Positions 1 through 10,140 of a stretch of DNA of 64,000 nt are shown piece by piece. The notes under the pieces were generated by a model. The model saw nothing but the letters and a program-made list of their open reading frames with translations. It made no database searches and was not told where the DNA came from. Position 1 is the stretch's first letter. Every line of letters begins with the position of its first letter. The position numbers and the translations under genes were made by a program. The stretch comes from Candidatus Limnocylindria bacterium (GTDB taxonomy: Bacteria > Chloroflexota > Limnocylindria > QHBO01). The stretch covers positions 1,553-65,552 of the forward strand of contig DATAJO010000013.1 of the NCBI GenBank assembly GCA_036262075.1, read 5' to 3'.

Positions 1-1
1 C

Positions 2-433
2 CGGACCGAGGGGCCGTACGACTTCAGCTTCTCCGGCCTGAAGACCGCCGTCCTGCGCGAGGTGGCGGGCTACCGCGAGCGCGGCGAGCCGATCCCGGTC
101 GACGGCATCGCGGCCGCGTTCGAGGAGGCCGTCGTCGACGCGCTGGCCACGAAGACGGTCGCCGCGGCCGTCGACCACGGCGTGGCGTCGGTCGCCCTCG
201 GCGGTGGCGTGGCCGCCAACCGGGCGCTGCGAACGACGCTCGCCGAGCGGCTCCATGCCGAGGGCCTCGAGCTCCTCGTGCCGCGGCCGGCGTGGTGCAC
301 CGACAACGGCGCGATGATCGGCGCCGCGGCCGGCTTCCGCTACCTCGCCGGCGACCGCGCCGACACGTCGCTCGAGGCGATCCCGAACCTCGCGCTGCCG
401 TGGGTCGACCGCTCGTGGGTGGACCGCTCGTGA
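2..433 (+). CDS. tsaD: tRNA N6-adenosine threonylcarbamoyltransferase TsaD, C-terminal part (5' end outside the window)
   Basis: The frame is open from position 2. Translation GPYDFSFSGLKTAVLR...GGGVAANRALR...CTDNGAMIG matches the Kae1/TsaD C-terminal motifs. The stop TGA at 431-433 overlaps the next start. Confidence 0.85.
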   Translation, partial: RTEGPYDFSFSGLKTAVLREVAGYRERGEPIPVDGIAAAFEEAVVDALATKTVAAAVDHGVASVALGGGVAANRALRTTLAERLHAEGLELLVPRPAWCTDNGAMIGAAAGFRYLAGDRADTSLEAIPNLALPWVDRSWVDRS

Positions 434-1299
434 CCGATCCGCTCGCCCCCGAGCGCCTCGTCCCGCCGACGCCGGGCCAGCTCCGCCGGCTCATGGGCGC
501 CGAGCGCCTCCGGCCACGGAAGAGCCTGAGCCAGAACTTCCTCACCGACCCCGACGCGCTCGACGCGATCGTCGAGGCCGCCGAGCTGCGGCCCGGCGAC
601 CGGGTCGTCGAGGTCGGCCCGGGCCTCGGCGTCCTGACCCGGCGGCTCCTCGCCGCCGGCGCATCGGTCGTGGCGGTCGAGCTCGACCCGCGCCTCGCCG
701 ACTACCTGCGTCGCGAGCTCGGCGGGATCGAGACGTTCGAGCTCATCGAGGCCGATGCGCTGTCGCTCCATCCCCGCGACCTCGTCGCCGACGGACCGTT
801 CAAGCTCGTGGCGAACATCCCGTACCACATCACCAGCCCGCTGCTCCACGCCTTCCTCGAGGGCGATCGGCCGCCGGAGATCACCGTGCTCCTCGTCCAG
901 CTCGAGGTCGCGGAGCGCGTCGCCTCGCCGCCGGGCGGCATGAGCTACCTGTCGGCCTTCGTCCAGAACGTCGCCTCACCCGAGATCGTGGCCAGCGTGC
1001 CCGCGGCCGCGTTCGAGCCGGCGCCCGAGGTCGACTCGGCCGTCCTCCGGCTCCGGCGTCGTGCCGATCCCGCCGTCCCGCCCGGACCGGAGCGCGAGCC
1101 CTTCTACCGCGTGGTGCAGGCCGGCTTCCGGCAGCGGCGCAAGCAGGTCCACAACGGGCTCGTGCGGGAGCTGCCCGTCGACCGCGAGGCCGTCGAGGCG
1201 GCGCTGGCGGCGTGCGGTGTGACGCCGGACCGCCGGCCGCAGACGCTGAGCGTGGACGAATGGGCCTGCCTGACCCGCGAGCTGGCCCCGCGCCTGTGA
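430..1299 (+). CDS. rsmA: 16S rRNA (adenine1518/1519-N6)-dimethyltransferase RsmA/KsgA
   Basis: Contains LSQNFLTD, VVEVGPGLG and NIPYHITSP motifs. The GTG at 430 overlaps the tsaD stop; an alternative ATG at 490 gives a more typical N-terminus. Confidence 0.85.
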   Translation: MTDPLAPERLVPPTPGQLRRLMGAERLRPRKSLSQNFLTDPDALDAIVEAAELRPGDRVVEVGPGLGVLTRRLLAAGASVVAVELDPRLADYLRRELGGIETFELIEADALSLHPRDLVADGPFKLVANIPYHITSPLLHAFLEGDRPPEITVLLVQLEVAERVASPPGGMSYLSAFVQNVASPEIVASVPAAAFEPAPEVDSAVLRLRRRADPAVPPGPEREPFYRVVQAGFRQRRKQVHNGLVRELPVDREAVEAALAACGVTPDRRPQTLSVDEWACLTRELAPRL

Positions 1300-2138
1300 T
1301 CCGCGCCCTGCGAGTCGAGGCGCCCGCCAAGCTCAACCTCGACCTCCGCGTCGTCGGCCGCCGCGACGACGGCTACCACGAGCTCGAGAGCACGCTCGTC
1401 CTGCTCGAGCTCGCCGATCGGCTCCTCCTCCTGCCGGGCGCCAGTGGCCTGCGCCTCGAGGGCGCCGATGCGCACGACGTGCCCCTCGACGAGGCGAACC
1501 TCGCCTGGCGCGGCCTGGTCGCCGGGTACGAGGGCGCGCCCGAGCTCGCCTGCCTGGCGCTCGAGAAGCGCATCCCCGTCGCCGCCGGCCTCGGCGGGGG
1601 ATCGTCCGATGCCGCCGCCGCCTGGCGCCTCGGTCGCGCCGCCCGCGGGCGTGAGGGGGCGCCCGGACCCGCCGAGCTCGCCGCCCTGGCGCAGATCGGC
1701 GCCGACGTGCCGTTCTTCGCCGTCGGCGTGGCCGCCGCGCGCGCGTCCGGCATCGGCGACGTCGTCGAGGCGGTGGCGCCGATCAGCGCGGAGGTGGTGC
1801 TCGTCCATCCGCCGTTCGGCCTGCGCACCGCCGACGTCTTCGCCGCGCTGCGGCCCGACGAGTGGGGGAGCGCGCTCAACGATCTCGAGGGCCCCGCGCG
1901 ACGCCTGCGTCCCGAGCTGGACGAGCTCGTCGCGCGCGTGCGGGCGGCCGGCGTCGAGCCCCGCCTCACCGGCTCCGGGCCGACGATCTTCATCCTCGAC
2001 GACGATCCCGAACGTGCCGACGCCCTGGCCGCAACCCTGGCGAGCGACGGCCTGCGCGTCACGCGCACGCGAACCCGCAGCGCGCCGGCGCCAATCGAGC
2101 CCATCGACGAAGCCACCGATGACGAGGAGGACCGATGA
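1296..2138 (+). CDS. ispE: 4-diphosphocytidyl-2-C-methyl-D-erythritol kinase IspE
   Basis: GHMP kinase fold with APAKLNLDL and PVAAGLGGGSSDAAAA motifs. The GTG at 1296 overlaps the rsmA stop. Confidence 0.85.
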   Translation: MIRALRVEAPAKLNLDLRVVGRRDDGYHELESTLVLLELADRLLLLPGASGLRLEGADAHDVPLDEANLAWRGLVAGYEGAPELACLALEKRIPVAAGLGGGSSDAAAAWRLGRAARGREGAPGPAELAALAQIGADVPFFAVGVAAARASGIGDVVEAVAPISAEVVLVHPPFGLRTADVFAALRPDEWGSALNDLEGPARRLRPELDELVARVRAAGVEPRLTGSGPTIFILDDDPERADALAATLASDGLRVTRTRTRSAPAPIEPIDEATDDEEDR

Positions 2139-2524
2139 CCACCCGCGAACCGATCCATACCGATGGCGCGCCCGCCGCGGCCGGCCCGTACAGCCAGGCG
2201 ATCCGCGTCGGCGAGCTCGTGTTCACCGCCGGCCAGCTGGGGATCGACCCGGCCACCGGACAGCTCGCCGACGGGGTGACCGCCCAGGCCGAGCAGGCGC
2301 TGCAGAACCTCGGCGCCATCCTCGAGGCGGCGGGCAGCGGCCTCGACCGGCTCGTGAAGGTGACCGTGTTCCTCGCCGATATCGGCGACTGGCCGGCCCT
2401 GAACGAGGTCTACGGCCGCCACGTCGGACAGCCCTTCCCGGCGCGCAGCGCCTTCGCCGTCGGCGCCCTGCCGCTCGGCGCCCGGGTCGAGATCGAGGCG
2501 GTCGGCGCGGTGAGCGTCGGTTGA
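2135..2524 (+). CDS. ridA: RidA/YjgF family reactive enamine/imine deaminase
   Basis: 129 aa with APAAAGPYSQAI...ARSAFAVGALPLGARVEIE, typical of RidA. The ATG overlaps the ispE stop. Confidence 0.8.
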   Translation: MTTREPIHTDGAPAAAGPYSQAIRVGELVFTAGQLGIDPATGQLADGVTAQAEQALQNLGAILEAAGSGLDRLVKVTVFLADIGDWPALNEVYGRHVGQPFPARSAFAVGALPLGARVEIEAVGAVSVG

Positions 2525-2558
2525 CGCCGCGATTCGGCCACCCCTACCATCGGCCAAC

Positions 2559-3995
2559 GTGTCTTCACCGCTGACCGCGCCCGCGGCCGTCGTCCTGGCC
2601 GCCGGCCAGGGGACCCGCATGCGCTCGCGCATTCCCAAGGTCCTCCACCCACTCGCTGGCCGGCCGATGATCGACCACGTCCTCGACGCGCTCGTGGAGT
2701 CCGGCGTGGAGCGGCCGATCGTGGTCACCGGCCACGACGCCGATGCCGTCGAGGCCGCGATCTCGGGCCGCGTGACCTGCGTCCGCCAGGAGCCGCAGCG
2801 CGGGACCGCCGACGCCCTGCGCGTGGCGCTGCCGGCCGTGCCGGCTGACGCCGTCGAGCTGCTCGTGACCATGGGCGACGTCCCGCTCCAGTCGGCGACG
2901 GTCTACCGCGAGCTCATCGACGCGCTGCGGCGCAGCGAGGCCGCCATCGCGCTCGTCTCGGCCCGGCCGGACGACGCGACCGGCTACGGCCGCATCGTGC
3001 GTGACGATCGGGGCGGTGCCGCGGCGATCGTCGAGGAGCGCGACGCCGACGAGGCGACGCGGGCCATCGACGAGGTCAACGTGGGGACGTACGCCTTCGA
3101 CGTCGCCTGGCTGCGGACGGCGCTGCCGCGCGTCACCCCATCGGCCTCGGGCGAGCTGTACCTCACCGATCTCGTGGCCCTCGCCGCCGGGGAGGGCCGT
3201 GCCGTGTCCGTCGTCGCGGCCGCCGATGCCGCCGACGCGATCGGCATCAACGACCGGGTCGCGCTGGCCGCGGCGGAGGAGCGGATGCGGCGCCGGATCG
3301 CGGAGCGGCACATGCGCGAGGGCGTGACGATCGTCGACCCCTCGACCACGCGCATCGACGCCACGGTCGAGATCGGACAGGACGCGCGCATCGAGCCGTG
3401 GACGATCCTCGAGGGCGCGACCGCCGTGGCGCAGGACGCGGTCGTCGGCCCGCACGCCCACGTGCGCGACAGCCGCATCGGCCCGCGAACGGTCGTGTGG
3501 GCCAGCGTGCTCGAGGAGGCCACCGTGGCCGAGGACTGCCAGGTCGGCCCGTTCGCGCACCTGCGGCCGGGCGCCGACATCGGTCCGCGCTGCCGCATCG
3601 GCAATTTCGCCGAGGTCAAGAAGAGCCGGATCGGGGCCGGGACGCAGCAGCATCATTTCAGCTACATCGGCGACGCCGTGGTCGGCGAGAACGTGAACAT
3701 CGGCGCCGGCTCGGTGACCGCTAATTTCGACGGGACGACGAAGCATCCGACGACGATCGAGGGCAACGTGAAGCTCGGGGTCGATACGATGATGGTCGCC
3801 CCGGTCACGATCGGCGAGGGCGCCATCACCGGCGCCGGGGCCGTGGTCACCCACGACGTCCCGCCGGGCAAGACCGTGGTCGGCATGCCGGCCCGGCCGA
3901 TCGACGCCCGGCATCGCCGCACCTCGCCCGCCATGGCGGGCGACGAACGCGCCACTCAGGCGCCCGTCCCGTCAGGGACGGATCGGAACCCGTAG
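2559..3995 (+). CDS. glmU: bifunctional UDP-GlcNAc pyrophosphorylase / GlcN-1-P N-acetyltransferase GlmU
   Basis: N-terminal LAAGQGTRM nucleotidyltransferase motif followed by a C-terminal left-handed beta-helix hexapeptide repeat region; 478 aa. Confidence 0.9.
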   Translation: MSSPLTAPAAVVLAAGQGTRMRSRIPKVLHPLAGRPMIDHVLDALVESGVERPIVVTGHDADAVEAAISGRVTCVRQEPQRGTADALRVALPAVPADAVELLVTMGDVPLQSATVYRELIDALRRSEAAIALVSARPDDATGYGRIVRDDRGGAAAIVEERDADEATRAIDEVNVGTYAFDVAWLRTALPRVTPSASGELYLTDLVALAAGEGRAVSVVAAADAADAIGINDRVALAAAEERMRRRIAERHMREGVTIVDPSTTRIDATVEIGQDARIEPWTILEGATAVAQDAVVGPHAHVRDSRIGPRTVVWASVLEEATVAEDCQVGPFAHLRPGADIGPRCRIGNFAEVKKSRIGAGTQQHHFSYIGDAVVGENVNIGAGSVTANFDGTTKHPTTIEGNVKLGVDTMMVAPVTIGEGAITGAGAVVTHDVPPGKTVVGMPARPIDARHRRTSPAMAGDERATQAPVPSGTDRNP

Positions 3996-4053
3996 GGAGG
4001 CGGACAGAACACCGCCCGATGGACGGTAGCAGTACCACCGGCAACCCGGTCCG

Positions 4054-5436
4054 ATGAGCGACCTCGCGGTTGTCGTCCTTCTCATCCTCGTCGGCGGCTT
4101 CTTCGCCGCCAGCGAGATCGCGCTCATCACCGTCAAGCGGCATCGGCTCCAGCAGCTGGCCGAAGAGGGTCACGGCGCGGCCCGCGTGGCCCAGCGCCTG
4201 ACCGAGGATCCCGGCCGTTTCCTGGCCACGATCCAGATCGCGATCACGTTCCTCGGCTTCCTCGCCGGTGCGACCGGTGCCGCGGCGTTCTCCGATCCGT
4301 TCGGCGACGTGCTGGCGGGGCTGCCGCTCGGCCTGAGCAAGGAGACGGCGGACACGATCGCGTTCGTCGTCGTCACGCTCGTCATCGCGCTCGCCTCGAT
4401 CGTGATCGGCGAGCTCGTGCCGAAGACGCTGGCGCTGAACTTCCCCGAGCGGCTCGCGCTCTTCGTCGCGCGGCCGATCGGCTTCCTCGAGACCATCCTC
4501 TTCCCGATCGTCTGGTTCGTCACCCGGGTGAGCGCGATCCTCGTCCGCATGCTCGGCGGCAAGGAGAAGCCGCAGGGCGGCTACCTGTCGACCGAGGAGC
4601 TGAAGATGCTCGTCGAGACCGGCTCGGAGCAGGGCGGGATCGAGGAGGAGGAGAAGGAGATGATCCACGGGGTCATCGAGCTCGGGGACAAGCGCGTCCA
4701 CGAGGTCATGGTCCCGCGCATCGGCATCCGCGCCATCAACGTCGACGATTCGCTCGACGAGGTGCTCGACATGATCGTGCGGGCCGGGCACTCGCGCCTG
4801 CCGGTCTTCGAGGAGAGCCTCGACAACATCATCGGCATCCTCTACGCCAAGGACCTCCTGCCGTACCTGAAGCAGAACGGCCGCGGCAACGGGGAGATCG
4901 ACGTGCGCAAGATCGTCCGCCCGGCGGTCTACGTGCCCGAGTCGAAGCCGGTCGACGACCTGCTCCACGAGATGCAGGCCCAGAAGCGGCATATCGCCAT
5001 CGTCGTCGACGAGTACGGCGGCACCGCCGGCCTGGTGACGATGGAGGACGTCGTCGAGGAGATCGTCGGCGAGATCCAGGACGAGTACGACTCCGAGGAT
5101 CCGATGGTCGAGGACATCTCGACCGATACCGAGATCGCCTACCGGCTCGACGGGCGGGTGAGCATGGACGACCTGCGCGACCTGTTCGACCTGTCCGATG
5201 ACGACGAGCCCGACGAGGACGCCTACGACACGATCGGCGGCTTCGTCGTCCACCGCGTGGGCCGCATCCCGCTCCCCGGCGCCGAGATCCCGTTCCGCGA
5301 CGGGGTCGTCATCCGGGTCGAGGCCGCCGAGCCGCGTCGCGTCGCCCGGGTCGTCGCGTCACGCCCGCGTCGCGAGGACGAGCGCGAGACCGAGGAGCCG
5401 CAGCCCGAAGGCGAGGGCGAGACCTCCGCGAGCTGA
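4054..5436 (+). CDS. CNNM/CorC-HlyC family membrane protein (DUF21 TM domain + CBS pair + CorC_HlyC domain)
   Basis: Four TM helices at the N-terminus, then a CBS-pair region (HEVMVPR...[28 protein letters not shown]) and a C-terminal transporter-associated domain. Confidence 0.8.
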   Translation: MSDLAVVVLLILVGGFFAASEIALITVKRHRLQQLAEEGHGAARVAQRLTEDPGRFLATIQIAITFLGFLAGATGAAAFSDPFGDVLAGLPLGLSKETADTIAFVVVTLVIALASIVIGELVPKTLALNFPERLALFVARPIGFLETILFPIVWFVTRVSAILVRMLGGKEKPQGGYLSTEELKMLVETGSEQGGIEEEEKEMIHGVIELGDKRVHEVMVPRIGIRAINVDDSLDEVLDMIVRAGHSRLPVFEESLDNIIGILYAKDLLPYLKQNGRGNGEIDVRKIVRPAVYVPESKPVDDLLHEMQAQKRHIAIVVDEYGGTAGLVTMEDVVEEIVGEIQDEYDSEDPMVEDISTDTEIAYRLDGRVSMDDLRDLFDLSDDDEPDEDAYDTIGGFVVHRVGRIPLPGAEIPFRDGVVIRVEAAEPRRVARVVASRPRREDERETEEPQPEGEGETSAS

Positions 5437-5483
5437 GCCCCGTCGCGGTCGCGCCCCTCGTGCCCGCCCCCTGTGCCCGCCGA

Positions 5484-6584
5484 CTACGCGGCGATCACCT
5501 GGCTGACGAGGGCCGCGAGCTCCCGCTTCCCGGTCTCGGGGCAGGGGAGCCTGGCCAGCCGATCGAGCGCGCTGTCGCGGTAGCGGCGCGCCTCGGCGAG
5601 GGTGTGCTCGCGGGCTCCGCAGCGCTCGAGGATGGCGAGCACCTCGTTGACGGCCTCGTCGCCCAGGGGCGCCTCGCCGACGATGTCGAGGTGGCTGGCC
5701 TCGTCGCGGCCGGCGCGCTCGACGGCGTAGAGCTCGATGAGCCGGGTCCGATCGGCCTCCGAGGCGTGCTCGAGGGCCCAGACGAGCGGCAGCGTCTTCT
5801 TCCGCTTGCGCACGTCGCCGGCCTCCGGCTTGCCGGTCGCGGCCGAGGTCCAGAACGTGCCCTTCACGTCATCGGCCATCTGGAAGGCCATGCCGAGGTC
5901 GTAGCCGAAGCGCCGATAGGCCTCGACCACGTCGGCGTCATCGGTGGCGAGGATGGCGCCCGCCTCGACCGAAGCGCCCACCAGGGCCGCCGTCTTCTTG
6001 CCGATCATCTCGAGGTAGGCCTCGACGCTCACCTCGCTGCGGCGCTCGAAGGCGATATCGAGGTACTGGCCCTCGCACAGCGCCAGGCAGGTCTCGTCGT
6101 AGACGCGCATGAGCGCCAGCACGCGGCGCTCGCTGAAGCCGTCCTCCAGCAGCCGATACAGCGCGAGGCGGCTCAGCGCGAACAGCGCGTCGCCGGCGTT
6201 GATGGCGAGCGGCACGCCCCACAGCGCCCACAGGGTGGGCCGATGCCGGCGCTCGACATCGGCGTCCTCGATGTCGTCGTGGACCAGGCTGAAATTGTGA
6301 CCAAGCTCCACCGCGGCGGCGCCCGGGAGCGCCGGGCGGTAGTCGCCGGTCAGCGACTGGTAGGCGAGGAGCCCGAGGAGCGGGCGCATCCGCTTGCCTC
6401 CGGGACCGCTCGCCCCGTCGAGCCCGAGGTGGTAGGTGAGCATCTCGTACAGCGGTCGCGCATGGCCGCCGCGATCGTCGATGACCGCCGACATCTCGGC
6501 CTCGATATCCGCCAGCAGGCGCGTAAACTCGGTCCGGATGTCCATGGCGGAAGCGTACCCGACCTCCTCGACGAGTCGTGCCAT
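5484..6584 (-). CDS. trans-polyprenyl diphosphate synthase (geranylgeranyl/longer-chain type)
   Basis: Two Asp-rich motifs, LVHDDIEDAD and FQMADDVKG, plus GKRMRPLL, characteristic of trans-isoprenyl diphosphate synthases. Confidence 0.8.
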   Translation of the reverse strand: MARLVEEVGYASAMDIRTEFTRLLADIEAEMSAVIDDRGGHARPLYEMLTYHLGLDGASGPGGKRMRPLLGLLAYQSLTGDYRPALPGAAAVELGHNFSLVHDDIEDADVERRHRPTLWALWGVPLAINAGDALFALSRLALYRLLEDGFSERRVLALMRVYDETCLALCEGQYLDIAFERRSEVSVEAYLEMIGKKTAALVGASVEAGAILATDDADVVEAYRRFGYDLGMAFQMADDVKGTFWTSAATGKPEAGDVRKRKKTLPLVWALEHASEADRTRLIELYAVERAGRDEASHLDIVGEAPLGDEAVNEVLAILERCGAREHTLAEARRYRDSALDRLARLPCPETGKRELAALVSQVIAA

Positions 6585-6668
6585 GTCGCTCGCTCCCGCC
6601 TCCTGCTGCTCCGGATTGACCGGTTACATGATACACCGATGTAGCACGTTCGTGATCCCGGCCGCCCG

Positions 6669-7460
6669 ATGAGCCCGCGGCCGCGCGTCTACAAGACCGA
6701 GGCGATCGTGCTGCGCACGATGGATCTCGGCGAGGCCGACCGGGTCCTCACCGTCCTCACCCCGCGCCTCGGCAAGCTGCGGGTCGTGGCGAAGGGCGTG
6801 CGCAGGCCGCGCTCGCGCATCGGGGGCGGGCTCCAGCCGTTCAGCGACGTCCAGCTCGTGCTGGCGGTCGGGCGCACGTTCGACGTCGTCACCTCGTCCT
6901 CGCTCGAGGACCCGCATCTCGGCCTGCGCAATGACCTGCATTCCACGGCCGCCGCCTGGTACCTCGTCGAGCTCGTCGACCGCTTCGTCGAGGGCGCGGC
7001 GGACTCGCACGACGCGTTCCGGCTCCTCGCCCAGGGCCTCTCGGCCCTCGATGCCGGCGGCGAGGTGTCGCGCGAGGTCGTCGCGCGCTGGTTCGAGCTC
7101 GCCCTGCTCGATGCGACCGGCTTCCGGCCCGAGCTGATCCGCTGCCTCGAATGCGGCGCCGATCTCGAGCCGGAGGGCAACGCCTTCGCCCCGGCCGCCG
7201 GCGGCGTCCTCTGCCCGCAGTGTCGCCACGCGGCCCACGGCGCGCGCCCGATCTCGCCCGACGCCCTGAAGATCCTGCGCCACCTCCAGCGCTCGCCGCT
7301 CGTCGGCGTCCTCCGCCTGCGGCTCGCGGCCGCCCTCCATCGCGAGGTTGAGCGGCTTCTCCACGCGACCGTGTCGGCCGTGCTCGAGCGGGAGCTCCGC
7401 TCGCGCGACTTCCTCGAGGAGGTCGCCGCCCGCGAGGCGGCCATCGCTGCCGGGTCGTAG
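6669..7460 (+). CDS. recO: DNA repair protein RecO
   Basis: N-terminal OB fold ([22 protein letters not shown]) and a C-terminal CxxC...CxxC zinc motif (CLECG...CPQC). Confidence 0.8.
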   Translation: MSPRPRVYKTEAIVLRTMDLGEADRVLTVLTPRLGKLRVVAKGVRRPRSRIGGGLQPFSDVQLVLAVGRTFDVVTSSSLEDPHLGLRNDLHSTAAAWYLVELVDRFVEGAADSHDAFRLLAQGLSALDAGGEVSREVVARWFELALLDATGFRPELIRCLECGADLEPEGNAFAPAAGGVLCPQCRHAAHGARPISPDALKILRHLQRSPLVGVLRLRLAAALHREVERLLHATVSAVLERELRSRDFLEEVAAREAAIAAGS

Positions 7461-7567
7461 GTCGCGTGGCTCGCGTGGGTCGCTAGCCGCCGGCGCCGCA
7501 TCGGCTAGACTCGACGGCCCACCCATCGGTCCAACATCGGTCGCATCCGAGGAGTCGCCGTCCAGCC

Positions 7568-8935
7568 GTGCCAGCCCCGAATTTCGACGTCGTCGCCAGC
7601 CTCGCCAAGCGCCGCGGGTTCATCTTCCCGTCGAGCGAGATCTACGGCGGCATGGCCGGCTTCTGGGACTACGGCCCGCTCGGCGTCGAGCTGAAGAACA
7701 ACGTCAAGGCGGCGTGGTGGCGGCACATGGTCCACCTCCGCGACGACGTCGTCGGCCTCGACGCGGCGATCATCATGAACCCGCGCGTGTGGGAGGCGAG
7801 CGGCCACGTCGCCGGCTTCAGCGACCCGATGGTCGACTGCCGCAACTGCAAGCTCCGCTTCCGCGAGGACGACCTCAAGGGCAAGCCATCGGAGATCGCG
7901 TGCCCGAACTGCGGCCAGCGCGGCACCCTGACCAAGGCGCGCCAGTTCAACCTCATGTTCGCCACGCACGTCGGGCCGGTGGCGGACTCGGCGTCGGTGG
8001 CGTACCTGCGCCCCGAGACGGCCCAGGCCATGTTCGTCCAGTTCGAGAACGTGGCGACCACGACGCGCAAGAAGCTGCCGTTCGGCATCGCGCAGATCGG
8101 CCGCTCGTTCCGCAACGAGATCACGCCCGGAAACTTCATCTTCCGGCTGCGCGAGTTCGAGCAGATGGAGATGGAGTTCTTCGTCCATCCGCGCGAGGAG
8201 GACACCTGGTTCGCCCACTGGGTCGACGCCCGCCACCGCTGGTGGACCGATGTCCTGGGCATCGACGCCGGACGCCTCCGGCTCCGCCCCCACGACGCCG
8301 ATGAGCTGAGCCACTACTCGAAGCAGACCACCGACATCGAGTACGAGTTCCCGATCGGCTGGTCGGAGCTCGAGGGCATCGCCGATCGGACCGATTTCGA
8401 CCTCAAGGCGCACTCGGCCGCATCCGGCAAGAAGCTCGAGATCTTCGACGAGAAGGCGGGCGAGCACATCGTGCCGTACGTCATCGAGCCGGCGATGGGC
8501 GTGGATCGTGCGGTCCTCACCGTCCTCGTGGACGGCTACACCGAGGAGCAGATCGGGTCCGAGAAGCGCGTCGTCCTGCGCATCCGCCCCGAGCTCGCGC
8601 CGGTGAAGGCGGCGGTCCTGCCGCTGCTCCGCAACCGGCCCGAGCTCGTCGAGCGCGCCCGCGCCCTCACCGCCGACCTGAAGCAGGTCGTGACGGCGAC
8701 GTACGACGACACCGCCTCCATCGGCAAGCTCTACCGCCGCCAGGACGAGGTCGGCACGCCGTTCTGCGTGACCGTGGACGTCGAGTCGCTCGAGGACGGC
8801 GCCGCGACCATCCGCGAGCGCGACTCGATGACCCAGGAGCGCGTGTCGCTCGAGCTCGTGCCGCAGCGCATCGCCGAGCTCGTGGCCGGCACGACGCCCT
8901 GGCGGGGGACGCCGCGCGAGGCGCCGGGCGGATGA
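7568..8935 (+). CDS. glyQS: glycine--tRNA ligase (dimeric alpha2 type, GlyQS)
   Basis: 455 aa single-chain class II aaRS. Motifs IYGGMAGFWDYGPLG, FRNEI and the MEMEFF region match actinobacterial/archaeal-type GlyRS. Confidence 0.9.
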   Translation: MPAPNFDVVASLAKRRGFIFPSSEIYGGMAGFWDYGPLGVELKNNVKAAWWRHMVHLRDDVVGLDAAIIMNPRVWEASGHVAGFSDPMVDCRNCKLRFREDDLKGKPSEIACPNCGQRGTLTKARQFNLMFATHVGPVADSASVAYLRPETAQAMFVQFENVATTTRKKLPFGIAQIGRSFRNEITPGNFIFRLREFEQMEMEFFVHPREEDTWFAHWVDARHRWWTDVLGIDAGRLRLRPHDADELSHYSKQTTDIEYEFPIGWSELEGIADRTDFDLKAHSAASGKKLEIFDEKAGEHIVPYVIEPAMGVDRAVLTVLVDGYTEEQIGSEKRVVLRIRPELAPVKAAVLPLLRNRPELVERARALTADLKQVVTATYDDTASIGKLYRRQDEVGTPFCVTVDVESLEDGAATIRERDSMTQERVSLELVPQRIAELVAGTTPWRGTPREAPGG

Positions 8936-9678
8936 CGGCCTCGCTCGACGAGATCCGCGCGGCCTTCGACGCCGGTGATCACGAGCGCGTCCTCCAGCTG
9001 ACGGCCGCCCTCCTGGCCGAGCGCCCCGGCGACGATGCGGCGCACGAGTACCGTGCCCGGGCCCTGCTGGCCCTCGGCCGTCCGGAGGAGGCCGAGAAGC
9101 ACGCCGCCGATGCGGTTCGGCTCGACCCCGAGGAGGTCCGCTACCGCGAGCTCCTGGCCCAGATCCTGTCCGCGTCCGGCGCGCACCGCGACGCCGCGGC
9201 CGAGTACTCGCGCCTGGCCCGCAACGATCCGCGCCAGACGACCTGGGACGTGGCCGAGGCCGAGGAGCGGCTCGGCGCCGCGCAGCCCGGTTTGAGCGTG
9301 GAGGCGGCGCGCCGGGCCGTTCGTCTCGCGCCGGATGACGGCCGCGCCCAGCTGGCCCTGGCGCACGCCCTGGCGCGGACCGGCGACGCGCGCGGCGCGT
9401 ACCAGGCGGCCACGCTCGCCACGCAGCTGTTGCCCGGCGATCCCGCTGCCCGCGAGGCGCTGGCCGACGCCCAGTGGCTGGTCGACGAGGACGCGGCCGC
9501 GTTCCGGGAGTTCCGGGCGCTGGCGGACGAGCTCGACCCGGAGGGTCGCCGGCGCGTGCTGGCCAAGGCGCGAACCCTGTACCGGCAGCGGGCCGGGTGG
9601 CTCGGCCGGCTCATCGCCGGGATCCCGCCGCTGTTCGACTTCGCCTTCCGGCGCGGCTGGCTCTCGGTCGGCCGATGA
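8932..9678 (+). CDS. TPR-repeat protein
   Basis: Repeated Ala/Leu-rich helical pairs (ALLALGRPEEAEKHAADAVRLDP...) consistent with several tetratricopeptide repeats. The start overlaps the glyQS stop. Confidence 0.6.
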   Translation: MTASLDEIRAAFDAGDHERVLQLTAALLAERPGDDAAHEYRARALLALGRPEEAEKHAADAVRLDPEEVRYRELLAQILSASGAHRDAAAEYSRLARNDPRQTTWDVAEAEERLGAAQPGLSVEAARRAVRLAPDDGRAQLALAHALARTGDARGAYQAATLATQLLPGDPAAREALADAQWLVDEDAAAFREFRALADELDPEGRRRVLAKARTLYRQRAGWLGRLIAGIPPLFDFAFRRGWLSVGR

Positions 9679-9696
9679 ACCGCCGATGAGTCTCGG

Positions 9697-10095
9697 ATGA
9701 AGGCGGGCGCACTGCGCGACCGGGTCAATGCGGATCTCGCGGCCGCCATGCGAGCGCGCGACCCGGTGGCCATCGCTCGCGCGGCCGACCGCGCGAAGGC
9801 GGTCGGCGTGTCGCTCGCCGGCCTCGCGGACGACGCGAGCGTGCGCAAGTCCGAGCTGTGGCTGACCACGCGCTCGGTCGCCGCCGTCCTGGGGTACCAC
9901 CCGGAGCACGTTCGCCGGCTCATCCGCACCGGCCGCCTGCGTGCCGAGCGAGCGTCCGGCGACTACCGCGTGAAGGTCGACGACCTCTCCGCGCTCGTCG
10001 ACGAGCGGAGACGGTCGCCCCGCGCGCAGCGCGCGGCCGGGCGGACCGCGACCCGGGACGAACGAGCCATGCCGCAGCAGGGGACGCCGAAGTAG
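9697..10095 (+). CDS. excisionase-family helix-turn-helix DNA-binding protein
   Basis: LWLTTRSVAAVLGYHPEHVRRLIRTGRLRAERASGDYRV resembles the excisionase/MerR-like HTH_17 domain. Confidence 0.5.
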   Translation: MKAGALRDRVNADLAAAMRARDPVAIARAADRAKAVGVSLAGLADDASVRKSELWLTTRSVAAVLGYHPEHVRRLIRTGRLRAERASGDYRVKVDDLSALVDERRRSPRAQRAAGRTATRDERAMPQQGTPK

Positions 10096-10140
10096 GCTGC
10101 CGGGCGTGAATCGACCACCGACACCAGCGACGAGTCGCCG